Below, piece by piece: positions 48,779-61,392 of a stretch of DNA of 64,000 nucleotides. Where the stretch lies: assembly GCA_951804945.1 (NCBI GenBank), contig OX638153.1:20770001-20834000 (forward strand), read 5' to 3'. The position numbers and the translations under genes are program-made. The notes under the pieces are model-generated. The model saw only the letters and a list, made by a program, of their open reading frames with translations. It was not told where the DNA came from and made no database searches. This DNA is from Podarcis cretensis. Taxonomy: Eukaryota. How positions within the stretch are numbered: the stretch's first letter is position 1; each line of letters begins with the position of its first letter.

Positions 48779-51306
48779 CTGTGCAAGTTTCTTTGGTTTT
48801 TACCCTTATTCCTATTAATCACAACTGTATTTCTTATCTGTGCCTTATCTTTTCCCGACACACTTTTCCTAGCCTGTTTTCTTCAAACAATTGCGTAAAA
48901 TCACACTCCACTCTTGCAAGTTGTCCTATAGCTGCTTCAGTTGCAACCAGATTTTTTCCTCCGTGCGCAAAAGCATGCAGTGGAGGAATAGAAAGCCATC
49001 TGTTTCTGTCATAGTAGTTTCATAGGCAAAAGGATAGTTAAAATGTGTCGCAAGACAAGCAGTCCACATGCATTAATTCTGGGCCGTGTACCCTCTATAT
49101 TTTCTCTCTGTTGCATTGTGCTGTATGTTCTCTTCCTTCCTTCCACCCATAAATTTATAACTTAGTTCCCTCTATTTTGCGCCTGTTCTTTTCTTCACAT
49201 ATCTCTTCTCACTTAGATACAGAAAGAGAGAAAACTCATTATTTCTTCAGATCCCTTACAGAGTAAGATGTTTTGTAAGCAGTGGTTTATCCCATGCAGA
49301 CTGGAAGGCAGTGGGTGGTAAATGGATGGTGTGCTAGACAGTATTTAGCATGTGTTTCTCTCAAGATGGGGTGCTTTGTTAATGAAGAACTGAGGGCTTT
49401 TTTTTTACTAGCGACAATCATCACTCATATTTCCTGTCTTTTTAAAAAAATGGTATAGGACAGGGATTCAGAACTGGTAGACCTTTACATGTTGTTGGAC
49501 TTGAATTTTCATTAGCCCAGCCAGCATAGCCAATGGTCAGGGATGGGAGGTATAGTCCAGCAACATCTTCGAAGGGTTCCCCATTCCTGGTGCAGAGGAG
49601 CAAGTAGATAAATTACTCCTATCATTTTATTTTGTTGGATGTTCCTCTTTCAAGTTTGAGAGAAGAACCAACTGAGGTGTTCAAAACTGTGTTACAGAAC
49701 TGGTCATGGCTACGAAGCTGAACCATGAATCAGTAAGTCTCTGTTTTGTATTTTGCCTCTGCCACGAACTCTCTAGGTAGCCTCAAGCAAGTCACAGCCA
49801 GTTTCCTCTGGAATACGGTGATAGTACTGACCTAATTTTACAGGGTGGTTGCAGGTTTAACATTAAACATGTCGTACTGGGAAAGCACACAGTAAATTGG
49901 CAGGATGTTTCAGTATCATGGGAGGTGAGAAGTGCATGGATTGCTGTAGCCTCAAGCAAAGCCAACTTGCATTGTTGTGACACAGTGCAGAAATCATCTG
50001 GCACCAGTTGAATTAAAATATATTGGAGTTTGCAGTAGGAATGGTGAGGTGAAGTTACTCACTTGAGATTCAACCCTTTGGTGCTTTCCCAGATAGATGA
50101 ATTGGCTTGGGCTTCCCCAAACCCTTATGTAGCATAGCTACTTAAGAGTGCATTCAGATCTTGGTACATGTCATTGGAGTGGGGGCAAATCAGTTCTGGT
50201 GTCCCATTGCCCCTGTTTAAATGTAATGATCCCATAGTGACTGTTATGTCTGGATTACGATTGCTCCCCCGACCCATATCTCTTCTTTTCTTGGTTCTAG
50301 GCAGAAAAAAGTCAAAGCATGTTGATTCATTCTTTTGTAATGTCTATCTCATCTGAGATGGAACTAAACTATAGGATATGTGGGAAGTTGTTATGAAACC
50401 AAGGGTGTCTAGTAGCCCTGCATGAGTCTTGCTGGTCTTATCTGGCACAAACTAAAAGAGAAGACCAGATATGAATTGTGGTTCTTGGCTTTAGGCTGCA
50501 TTCTTTAAAAAAAAACACAACAAGTTTAAAATATGCAGAATCATCACGTAACGCAGATTTCTGGTGCTTTAGAGTATTCATACCTAGATTCTACACCAGG
50601 GGTCCTCAAACTATGGTCCGCGGGCCAGATCCAGTCCCGAACCTGGCCCACCCGGCAACTGCAGAACCCGCCTCGCCCCTCCCCCTTTTCTTTTTTCCAC
50701 GGGGAGGCTCTAAGCAAACGCTTGGCACACACAAAAAGGGAAGCAGCGAAAAGTAGCAACAATTCTGTCCCCGGCGTTCCAAAAGGCTCCTCGGCATTCC
50801 AAAAGGGTCCCTCCCCAACCGCAACGTTCCAAGGCTTACCTGCGCCAGTCGAGGAGGGCTTGGAGGGGAGACATGCAACACTGCTGGGCTGCTAGGGGAA
50901 GCAGGATAGGGCTAGCCAAAGGAGCTCCTTTTAATATATGTTGGTGTGGCTGCTTGCTTCATCGCCTCTCCCTCACCGATGGTCACAGATCCATTGCAAA
51001 CACAGGAGGGCAACGTAACGGTGGGCGAAGCTCCCTTTCTCTCTGCCTCTCTTAGCTCCCCACCTATTCCCCTCCCCAAGCCCAGGCAAAGAGACAAGCT
51101 CAACAAGTATACGACCAATTTAATAATAATAAGGTGTTTTGAATAGTACTGCAAGTAATTGGGAGGTGGGCAAAACTCAGCGTTACTCTGCGTAGACCCA
51201 TTGAAATTAATAGACCCAAGTGACTTGTGTTCATTATTTTCAGTAGATCTATTCTGAGTGATCTAGCAAATTGGCATTGTCTACAACCCATACCATAACA
51301 TTTTAA

Positions 51307-51559
51307 GAGCCACTGTGGTGTAGTGGTTAAGAGTGGTAGATTTGTAATCTGGGGAACCGGGTTCGCGTCTCCGCTCCTCCACATGCAGCTGCTGGGTGAC
51401 CTTGGGCTAGTCACACTTCTTTGAAGTCTCTCAGCCCCACTCACCTCACAGAGTGTTTGTTGTGGGGGAGGAAGGGAAAGGAGAATGTTAGCCGCTTTGA
51501 GACTCCTCCGGGTAGTGATAAAGTGGGATATCAAATCCAATCTCTTCTCCTCTTCTTCT
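51307..51559 (+). mobile_element. tRNA-derived SINE (Squam3-like) with (CTT)n tail
   Basis: tggtgtagtggttaaga...gggttcgcgtc head, gggtgaccttgggctagtcac core, (CTT)n tail. Confidence 0.8.
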
Positions 51560-51605
51560 TAAATATTGTATTGTTTTTCCTGTTTTGTGCACTACAAATA
51601 AAATA

Positions 51606-51824
51606 CAGTGGTACCTCTGGTTGTGGATGGGATCTGTTCTGGAGCTCCAGTCGGATCTCGAGATTTTCGCAACCAGAGGTGCTTGTTCCGCGCATGCGTG
51701 TGGTGTGGTAGAGCACTTTTGTGCATGCATGTGTGGCGAAACCCAGAAAATTACTTCTGGGTTTGCCACATGTGTATCCCAAAGGATACATAACCAGAGG
51801 TGCGCGTAAGTAGAGGTACCACTG
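51606..51824. mobile_element. Tc1/mariner MITE
   Basis: TA|cagtggtacctct...agaggtaccactg|TA. Confidence 0.85.
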
Positions 51825-51869
51825 TATGTGCAGTGTGCATAGGAATTTGTTCATATTTTTTTCAAACTA

Positions 51870-52095
51870 CAGTGGTACCTCAGGTTACAGACGCTTCAGG
51901 TTACAGACTCCGCTAAACTAGAAATAGTACCTCAGGTTGAGAACTTTGCTTCAGGATGATAACAGAAATTGCACAGTGGCGGCCCGGCGGTGGCAGGAGG
52001 CCCCATTAGCTAAAGTGGTGCTTCAGGTTAAGAACAGTTTCAGGTTAAGAACGGACCTCCAGAACAAATTAAGTTCTTAACCCGAGATACCACTG
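51870..52095. mobile_element. Tc1/mariner MITE
   Basis: Same family as 24200 and 41885; TA TSD. Confidence 0.9.
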
Positions 52096-52602
52096 TATAG
52101 TCTGGCACCCAGCAATGTCTGAGGAACAGTGAACTGGCCCCCTGTTTAAAACGTTTGAGGACCCCTGTTCTACACCATATGAAGCACCATGTCACAACTT
52201 TCCTGTTTCTTTTAAAACATATTGGTGATCTCATTTGGTTAAGGAAAATATGTTCATGAAATCATCAGTACAACTGGCAGATGTCTACTCTTAGGGTGGG
52301 TTAAATATTTGTTCCCATCTGTCCTTGCTTTGGTTGGAGAAAAAATTACTGGAAAAAAGTTGCATAGAAAAATTGAAAGCTGGTCACTTGAAATCATGTG
52401 GGCGTGAAAACTGTTGCTTTGTAAAGAGAGCCAAAACCTTGGCTATCATTCTTTCTCGCATAAAGCCTCTGTTGCACTGATGGAATGGGAAGGAAAGTGC
52501 TTAGAGTGATCAGGTATTCGTGTTTGTCTTTTGATTATGGTTAAGGGACTGGATTGTGTGCTTCAAGCCTATGCATGTAAACTATCAGCACCTTTAAAGA
52601 CC

Positions 52603-52740
52603 ATAGAATCATAGAAATACAGAGTTGGAAGGGATCCCGAGGATCATCTAGTTCAACCCCCTGCAATGCAGGGATCTTGTTCTGGGTGGGCTTGAACCAC
52701 CGACTTCTGGTTTACAGCCACACACAGTGACTCATTGTGT
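52603..52740 (-). mobile_element. tRNA-derived SINE with CR1-like tail
   Basis: catagaatcatagaaatacagagttggaaggg...cttgaacc. Confidence 0.65.
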
Positions 52741-54458
52741 CACAGAGTTAAAGGGGAGCTCTGGTAACTAAGGTAATCAAATTTCTCATTGGTTAGGTGT
52801 CCTGTTTTTTACACACACACACACACCGCTATTTTTAATTTCTTTCTTGAGACAGAATAATTTGCCCTGATTGCTGTCCAGCATTTGAAGTAGCCGGGCG
52901 TCAGTCACATTTTGCTTCGAGGAACTGAACCATGTTCAGCCATGGTTCACATCAATGCATGTGTGTCCCAAACCATGATTAACAACATCTTTCATGTAAG
53001 AGGAACAGAAATTTGTCATTCTGTGCCCTATTTCTGACCCCTCAACCTTGGTTAAAAGCTAAAGAAAGTTGTTCCTATGCCAGCTCCAAGTATTCATTTG
53101 CAACTAGTAGTCAGTAGTTACCTATGCTGCCCATAAAAGTGAGAAAATTCAATTTACTGACCTGTTGAATAAAATATACTATTTCTGGAGATATATGTGT
53201 GGGATTGCACATTGCTGCTTAATAGAAACTGCATGTACTGTCTATTACTGTATGTTAATTTCACAAAGAATCTTCATGTAATTATGGCAAATATTTTAAC
53301 TAATATTAACTAATATTATTAGTTTTTCTAATTGCTCTTGGGTAATCCAGTGCTGACAATAGAAACACTCCTACTTTTCTTAGTTTAGTTATCATGGATA
53401 TATTCAAAGAAAAGCCAAGAAAGTTTGCTGCAACAAAGATTAAGGCTGCTTTATGGCTGCGAATCTAAAAAGACAACTAGGAGAACTCAAGTTTTGTTTT
53501 CTAATGAAGTCCAGAAATATGTCATATTGTAGGACTGTTGAAGTCTCTGCTGCAACACTCTGTGCAATGCTAGACACTTGCAATGTGAATGAGTTAGATA
53601 CAATGTTGGAACTATTTGACTAGCTGAATGTTGAGTAATTCAACAGTTCTTGACTGTGGAAATTTTGTTGCACTGACGTGTCCTAATCTCAGTGTAGCTT
53701 TTAACTGCACTGCTGTAAAAGAACCTGGAAGTGCTGTTATTTTCTTTGCTACTTTAAAGTCTTCTAATTGCATTTTGTATTTCTGTCCGGACCCTGAGGG
53801 AGTTAGGTGTTCTGGAGATGACTGCTCCAGGGTAATGTCGCAGCACAGATGTCAAATATCATGCTATTGTAGTATATAAAGTAATGACTTTATGTGCAGA
53901 TAATGATGATGGTGAAGTATTCTTGTGTTTGGTGCTATTTTTAAGAAATTAATTTAATGTAACTGAGTGGTAGGAGTAGCCATTTGTGCAAGGGCCTAAT
54001 GAGACAGCTGGTGCTCAGTGTCTGCAGAAATGTCCTTCGCTCGTACATGTCTTGCTTTGGAAGCAATATGTACATAATACTGAAAAAGTCTTTTCAGTTT
54101 ATATGTTGAAAAACTGAGGTCTACAGTCTGACCTCAAATCTTTCATAACTAAACCGATTTCCATCTTATCCACACAGGCTTGGGGCAGCTGAGCCTTAAC
54201 TCTATAAAAAATAATAATAGTGACACAGGTAGTGAAAAAAGTCTACTGTCCCATCTGTGATGGGCATGAGGTTGAGAGAGGATTTTAAAACCTTCTCTGT
54301 TGCAATTTGATTCTGCTCCTTGTCTCACAGGTTTCCCCCTCTTAATGAAGAAGTCAGGGTGACTGCAATTGAAGAGGAGAAAAAAATGTTCAGTTTCCTT
54401 GTAGTTGCAGCTTATTGCCCCACATGCTACTGCCCTGGATGAGAAGAGTGGCTTAGGG

Positions 54459-54594
54459 CAGTGTTTCCCAACCTTGGGCCTCCAGCTGTTTATGGACTAC
54501 AATTCCCATCATCCCTTGCCACTGGTCTTGCTAGTCAGGGATGATGGGAGTTGTAGTTCAAAAACAGCTGGAGGCCCAAGGTTGGGAAACACTG
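54459..54594. mobile_element. hAT-type palindromic MITE
   Basis: Long TIR cagtgtttcccaaccttgggcctccagctgttt; perfect 8-bp TSD gcttaggg. Confidence 0.92.
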
Positions 54595-54759
54595 GCTTAG
54601 GGGAAGAAGGGTGTTTAAAAATGGTGGCTCCCTGAAAACTCTTTCCTCCCCTAGCTTATAGGCAGAATAGTCCTAAATTCTCATGATGGGAAGATTGAAG
54701 TGACAGATTGTCCATCATTTCCAAAGGATTATGCTTTCCTTTTTTTGCACAGGTGGAAT

Positions 54760-55794
54760 CTACTAACACACACCCGACCATAACACGCACATAGTTTTTA
54801 GAGGAGGAAAACAAGAAAAAAAAATCTAAACGAAACAGTGGATGTATGATTTTTGTGGTTCATGCTGTGGCCACAGACATGTGATCTGACGGTGAGTTTG
54901 GGGTAGCCCAATGCAAAAATCCTGAGGATCCATGTGGATCCATGCTTTGTAACCACATTTTTGCACCACTGTGGCCCCAGGCAACAGTGGGTGCGTGCTA
55001 TTTTTGGTGCAAGCTGTAGCCATGGACATGCTATGTGATCTGATGGTGAATTTGGGGTGACCCAGTGCAAAAATCCTGAGGATCCATGTGGATCCGTGCT
55101 TTGTAACCACGTTTTAGGTGGAGAGGGAAGGAAAAGCACTCAAGGGACAAGGAGCACGCGTGGGGTGTGTGGAGAAGGGTCCTGCTAATAATGCAGAAGA
55201 GGGGTATAAGAGGAGAAGGAACACGCGTGGGGTGTGTGGAGAAGGATGCTGCTAATAAGGCAGAAGAGGAGTATAAGGGGAGAAGGAACACGCGTGTTGT
55301 GTGTGGAGAGGGATGCTGCTAATAATTCAGGCGAGGGGTATAAGAGGAGAAGGCTCCTGTCCTCTCCCGCTTTGCTCCTTTGAAGCAAGCAGGCTCTGCT
55401 TCTCTCCCACCTCCCCGGCTTAGCGCTTAGCGATCTGAAAAACCTCGCTGCTATTACGCGAGCTGAGTGGAGAGAGGGACATGGTTGCTTTAAAGGAGCC
55501 AACCGGACAGGAGCTGCTTACACTCGTGTAAGCGGCTCCTGTCCTCTCCTGCATTGCTACTCTGAAGCAAGCAGGCTCTGCTTCTCTCCCTCCTCCCCAC
55601 TCAGCGGCTCTTCTCCCGCTTTGCTGTTTCAAAGCGAGCCACGGAGAAGGGAAGGGAGGGGAACCATGGATCCTCTGCTCACGACTGCAGCAGATCCCCC
55701 CGCCATCCTTAGGCATTTGCTCCATAACACGCACAGACATTTCCCCTTACTTTCTAGGAGGAAAAAAGTGAGTGTTATGGTGCAAAAAATACGG
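54760..55794. mobile_element. Tc1/mariner-derived non-autonomous element with internal tandem repeats
   Basis: Both ends match the reverse complement of the 35935 MITE; right TIR aaaaaatacgg intact, left end eroded. Confidence 0.75.
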
Positions 55795-56610
55795 CATGTC
55801 TTCAATTTCCTTCAGCTGAAACCAAGCAGGTCCAAGGCTGGCCCCAGAACACCCCATTTCACGTCTTCCCACCAGCAAACCTCCCTGTGCTCGCCAAACT
55901 TTCAGTGGGCTTAGTGAGGGCCTCCCTCAGGTGTGTCTTGCTACCAAAACTCATCTCTGTGAGCAGAGGGGCACCTCTACCCTTTTCAATGCCCTCTAGA
56001 TTATGCCTCATTTATTTGGCAAATATATAGGCAATAGGCATGAGCTAATAGGCTCTCAAGCAGGCACACACCTAAATACAATGTGAAGAAATGCAGTAAA
56101 AATACAGACTAAAACAATGGAATTGGAAAGCAGCAGGCCAAGAGCAGATGATAAAACTCAGCAGAAGGCTGAGAAACAGTGAAACCATACTGGAATGCCT
56201 GGACAAATAACAAAGTATTTCACTGATGTTGGAATCATATTTGGGAACACCCTTCTGATGACAGAGGGGCTTGTAACTGAGCGTCTGACAATGACTAATG
56301 GTCAGACAGGAACATGTGGTTGAAGTCAGCCCCTCTTGTATGTAATAACTTGTGCTTTGAATTGTGCCTGAAAATGGACCGGCAACAAATGTCGCTGTTT
56401 AACTACATGGGAGAAACTTTGTAAAGGGCAGTGCCAGTTCAAAATGCAGCTGTCTGGCTATCAACAGGAGCTTCTGTGAAGTCTTCAAAGGCAGCCCATG
56501 TAGTTGACCAATCTAGTCAACTAGTCATGTAGAGGTTGCCAGGCCATGGATAATGGTCAACAGATTTTCTCTCTCCCAGAGGGTGGGGAGTCGCAGCTGA
56601 TGCACTTATC

Positions 56611-56864
56611 CATGGGTAGGCAAACTAAGGCCCGGGGCCGGATCTGGCCCAATCAACTTCTAAATCTGGCCTGCAGACGGTCTGGGAATCAGCGTGTTTT
56701 TGCATGAGTAGAATGTGTCCTTTTATTTAAAATGCATCTCTGGGTTATTTGTGGGGCATAAGAATTTGTTCTTTTTCTTTTCTTTTCCAAAATATAGTCC
56801 AGCCCCCCACAAGGTCTGAGGGCCAGCGGGCCAGCTCCCTGCTGAAAAAGTTTGCTGACCCCTG
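56611..56864. mobile_element. hAT-type MITE
   Basis: catgggtaggcaaact...agtttgctgacccctg with GGCCC subterminal motifs; related to the ends of the 50597 element. Confidence 0.75.
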
Positions 56865-57104
56865 CTAACCATAGCTGAATTCTATTGGAATTGAAAAATA
56901 GTGTTGAAAATTGAAAATAGTGTTGAAAAAATTGAAAAATAGTTTTCAAATTTTTGCTTCAGATAATAAAATTTAGTATTTCAAGTAGAGTTATATGGCA
57001 CTATGGAGTGTGATACAGCCTGACTGCTTATACAATACCTGCTCCCATTGCAGAGTGTGTGTGTACTGTCGTCTGTGGCATGAATAAGGTAGGGTTGGCC
57101 ACTG

Positions 57105-57590
57105 TGAGCTTGGCATTGGTAACTTCAAAACTGGACTACTGCAATGTGCTCTATGTGGGACTTCCCTTGGGCTTTACCTAGAAGATCCAGCTGGTATAGA
57201 ATGCAACAGCTAATTTGTTGATCCTATCAACACCAAATAACAGCTTTGCTGGAAAGACTGCACTCTGTTTGTGGAATGCGCTCCCCGGGGAGGTTCGCTT
57301 GGTGCCTTCATTAAACACCTTTAGGCACCAGGCAAAAGTGTTCCTCCCTAACCAGGCCTTTGGCTGATTGACACTCAGTGCCCTTTCGCTGTGCTCCTCA
57401 GATGGGGTACTGCTGGGAGCAACTGTATGCCCCCGACGTGCACTTAGCCTGTCCTGGAAACTGGATTTTCAGTGTTGTAGCTCCAGCCTTCTGGTATTAT
57501 TTACCAGCCAAAACTACAAAGGCACCTAGCAAGATGATGCTTAGGTGTCTACTGAAGATGTTTTTGTTCAGGAAGGCTTTCACCGAGGTC
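57105..57590 (+). mobile_element. degraded L2-like fragments
   Basis: LVTSKLDYCNVLYVGLP...KIQLV-like coding and 3' region similar to the other L2 copies. Confidence 0.6.
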
Positions 57591-60500
57591 TCTCTACTAA
57601 CAAACTACTTTTCTATGAGTGGAGAGTGTGTGTTGGCTTGTTCTTGGGGATAATTCAACATGTAGCTGCCAGCCCCCAAACACCTACGTTCTGCTGCGGT
57701 GATTCAGTTGATTGTTGGAGTAGATGAAGCTTTTTAAAAACTTCTGATAGCTGAGGCATTATTTTTCTCAAGTAAAAATCATTCTGTGATGGTACAAACT
57801 CCATGCTGTCCGGGGGCACCCACCCGCTGTGTTTCTGTGTGCATTTCTGACACCACCTTGGGGTGGCTTATTTTGCTGTGCTTCTGTATCAAGAGTAAAT
57901 TATTTAGTTTCACTCAATCGCAGAGACATACGAGAATTACAGGCCCCTAGCAATGGGTTGATTAGAAGGGGACAAGGCTAGAGCAGTGAAAGCAGCAAAC
58001 AGCAGTTTATGAAGGCAAACAATTTTTTGTGTTCAGCTGAGTCTTAAATTTATTTTTAAGTCTCATATCATGACCACTGTTAGTGGGTCTTGGCAAAGAT
58101 GTTTACTGTTTACAAAGTTTACTGCGGATTCCTAGTTAATAAAGTGAGGGTTTCTGGAATAGTAGCAGAGGATCAGGCATTTGAAAGGAGGTTCAGTCAG
58201 TGCAGTAGGGAAGGATGAAGTGATATACGGTAGCTTCATTGCAAATTAGGACAGACTCAGTTTAACCTGTGGCCTATTCATTATCTTCATAACCACACTT
58301 GCTACCTTTAGAAGAACAGAAATAATGAATTCTATGCTCTGCATTGTTGGAGGCAGTATGATTCCGAATACCAACTCACCCTTACCAGATGACTTTGCAA
58401 AATATATGATGAATAAACCAGTGATCTCAAGCCCATAGCAGATTGGGGGAGGACGTCTGAAAGCTTTTCTAGTAGGTCCCATGAAGATTCATGAAGGCTA
58501 ACATTTCCTGTAAGTAGAATAAGAATTTTGCTTGAAAAAATGTGTCACTTTCCAAATGGCAAAATCAAGGAAAAGTCTGGGAACATTTTTCTCTTGGAGG
58601 TAAAATTGCTGATGATCTTAAACTGAGTCAGATAACCACAGAACGATGAAGCCAAAGGACCATTTTGTAGCCTAAAAGCACACCCTTAAGATAGTTTTGG
58701 GAAATGAAGTTTGCATATGTATGAGAAGGATATATTCAATCACACCATTATTATGATAGAAGTGTTTGGTTGTCTAACAGAAGCCATTATTAATTTTGTC
58801 TGGCTTACCTTTGCTTTAGAGTATGTGAGTTTCTTTTGCAAGAAGTAAAGTGGTTATCTTAGTCATAAGTAGTCGCCATTTTTTGGTCTTGCATTTTGTG
58901 GGAATTGTACTAATAAAATGCCCATAACAGGCCATCAGGGGATGCTGGTTTAAAACTTAGGACATCAAAGAGCTGAGTCTTGTACATAACTGGTGAGCTG
59001 TCTGGGTCTTTGTGTGTTTAGAGGTAGAGTAGGTCTCATAAGAAGAATCAGCCTCAACTGAGAGCCTGATAAAAGATCCTTTGGGTTCTGGATCTGTCCC
59101 TTGAGCTGCTAGGTTTACAATGCATATTGGTTTACAGTGCTATTGCATCTGTGTAATCTGCCAAAGTATTCAGTTTGTTAGATGATGGCTGCCAGCCTTA
59201 TTCTCTGAGGAAAGGGATACTTGCTTCTCAACTGTGAAGTGTGTTTGGAGGTTGAAGTGACTGGTTAAACAATGCTGTGTTCTTTTGCTGTTCTTATATG
59301 TCAATAAGCAGAACGCTGTTGTCAAAAGGATGTTCTCTCATGGTCAAGAAAGCAAACTTAGGCTGCGATGGTTTCCCCAGAAACTCAATGGATTGTTTCT
59401 ATGTTGCTATTGTTAGCCTAGTCTGTGCTTGAGGTTTAAATGTACTGAGCTTTCTTGTTCCTGTTCATTCTACTCAGATATGAATATTTTACAGCCTTCA
59501 GTTAACATGGTAATGCATACAATTTCTGACTTACATGCCTTAAATAAAATCTATTCCAGAACAAAATCTGATTGTCATGAATACTTATGCCTTAGCAGCA
59601 TTTTGAGTGGACTAAGAATGTTTTGAACAGAAAACGTTTTTGTTAAATATTTGAAAGTGGGTTTAAGCCCTGCTGCTGCATTCCCTCCCCCAAAATTTGG
59701 AATTTCTCTACACAACCCCTAAATCTGCTCTGTTTTCCTTCACTCCCCCTTAAACTTGTTATAATAAATACCTTTAAAGTCCTTGCACTAGTGGAACTGA
59801 TTAGTTAGATACAGCCCATAGAGATTGGAAGCTGGGTGTTGTTTCTTTGTCTCATACTTATCTCCTAGTTGGGTACATAATGATGCGTTTTGTTTCTTGC
59901 ATCTTGATTCACCACATCTGGACTCTAGTCAGTGACTTGAAGATACACCTGATGCTAGTTGCTTCAGTATGCATGGAGATAGTAATTTATAATTTTATCT
60001 GACTCTTCCCTACGCCCAAAACACTCTTCCTAGTGGAAAGGCCTTAATACCCTGACAGGTCTTCAGAGATAGATGTTTGTCAATTGCGAAGGAGCTATTT
60101 TTAGTACATCTCTACAGTGCTTTTAGCACTTTGCATAGGGGTAGTTTTGTTCAGAGGTTCTGCTGAGACTGTTTTAGGATTGTGGGAGGGTTGGTCTTTA
60201 CCTACCTGCAGTTATGTAAGTCATGCAAGTTGGAAGGCAACCCCCATAGTTTGTTGTTTTAGAACCATAAAGCCCCTCTCAAAATACAAGCACACATTCT
60301 AATATTTTTGGAATTCTAAACCTCATATTTGGCCATCCCTTTTTTTACCTGAAGAAAGTACAGGTTTCCTGTGTACCCTTTTCAGAAGAAGGTAGATGTT
60401 CCTGCATGGTGACAGAAAATATAATTGGAATTAGGAGTTAAATTCACTAACTTCTTAATACATTGTCATTTAAATAAAAAACTGGTTATGATGCATTCCA

Positions 60501-61392
60501 GAAATGACAAAAATAGCAGGGGAAAGAATTCTGACAACCGCTTACGTAGCTGGAAAAAAAGCTGTTTTTTACTAGTCTGTTGGATGAGTTTGTTTCAGAC
60601 ATTTCCACAAGAAGGAGATCACTGGTGTATAACCCAGTAGAAAGAACTGAAGGTTTACAACCCGCCCCTGTCATGGGCCATCGCAGAAAAATAAATTTTG
60701 TGATTCATCATGTCTACATTTTTAGGATATTAAAACTTGCCTTCATGTGTTTTCCAGATGTTTGCCTGTTTTGCAATTCTAACTGAGTGTACTTTTCATT
60801 TAATTCTAGGCCCTCCCTTAATTTTGCTGACTCAGATTACAGATTTCCAAGATGGAGGAGAGAGAAGCATAAGCTCCAGAGGAAAATATCCTGCAGACTG
60901 CCCATGAAAATTACTATTGCTCAGATATTTATGGCTCTTACGGGGGTGCGCAGATAGTGAGAAAAAATATTTTTAAAATGCCCCCACGGCTATAAATTGC
61001 AAGATTCTTTTGCTTTACACTTATCAGAATTTGATATGTTTTCAACTTGTTGTCTTTAGAATACAGAAGCATAGCAAATTCACTACACCTCCAAAAACGT
61101 ATGTTTAGACAAACTGCCCTGAAAGTAATGGGGGCTGTATCTGACTGTTTAGACTGTAAATGCTTGCAATAATGGAAGTTGTAGCAATACTGGGATTTGC
61201 GATCTCTGCAGTATTGCTTGAGCAAGACAACAGTTGCAAGTTTCCCCCCTTATTTGCCTCACACAAATGGATGTATCAGTAGAAATAGTTTTGGTTCAGC
61301 GTACAAACAATTGCTCCTTTCAGAAAATACTAGCAAGACATGACCAAAAACGTCAGCTGTTTTAGTTGGAATACAACTTAAGTGCCGTAAGA

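Larger units (their letters stand above)
50597..52167. mobile_element. hAT non-autonomous element hosting nested insertions
   Basis: 15-bp TIR caggggtcctcaaac; perfect 8-bp TSD ttctacac. Confidence 0.9.

Noticed and set aside
55150-55352. Regularly spaced repeats suggesting a CRISPR array
   Set aside because: The whole 67-bp unit repeats with no unique spacers; vertebrate intron, no cas genes
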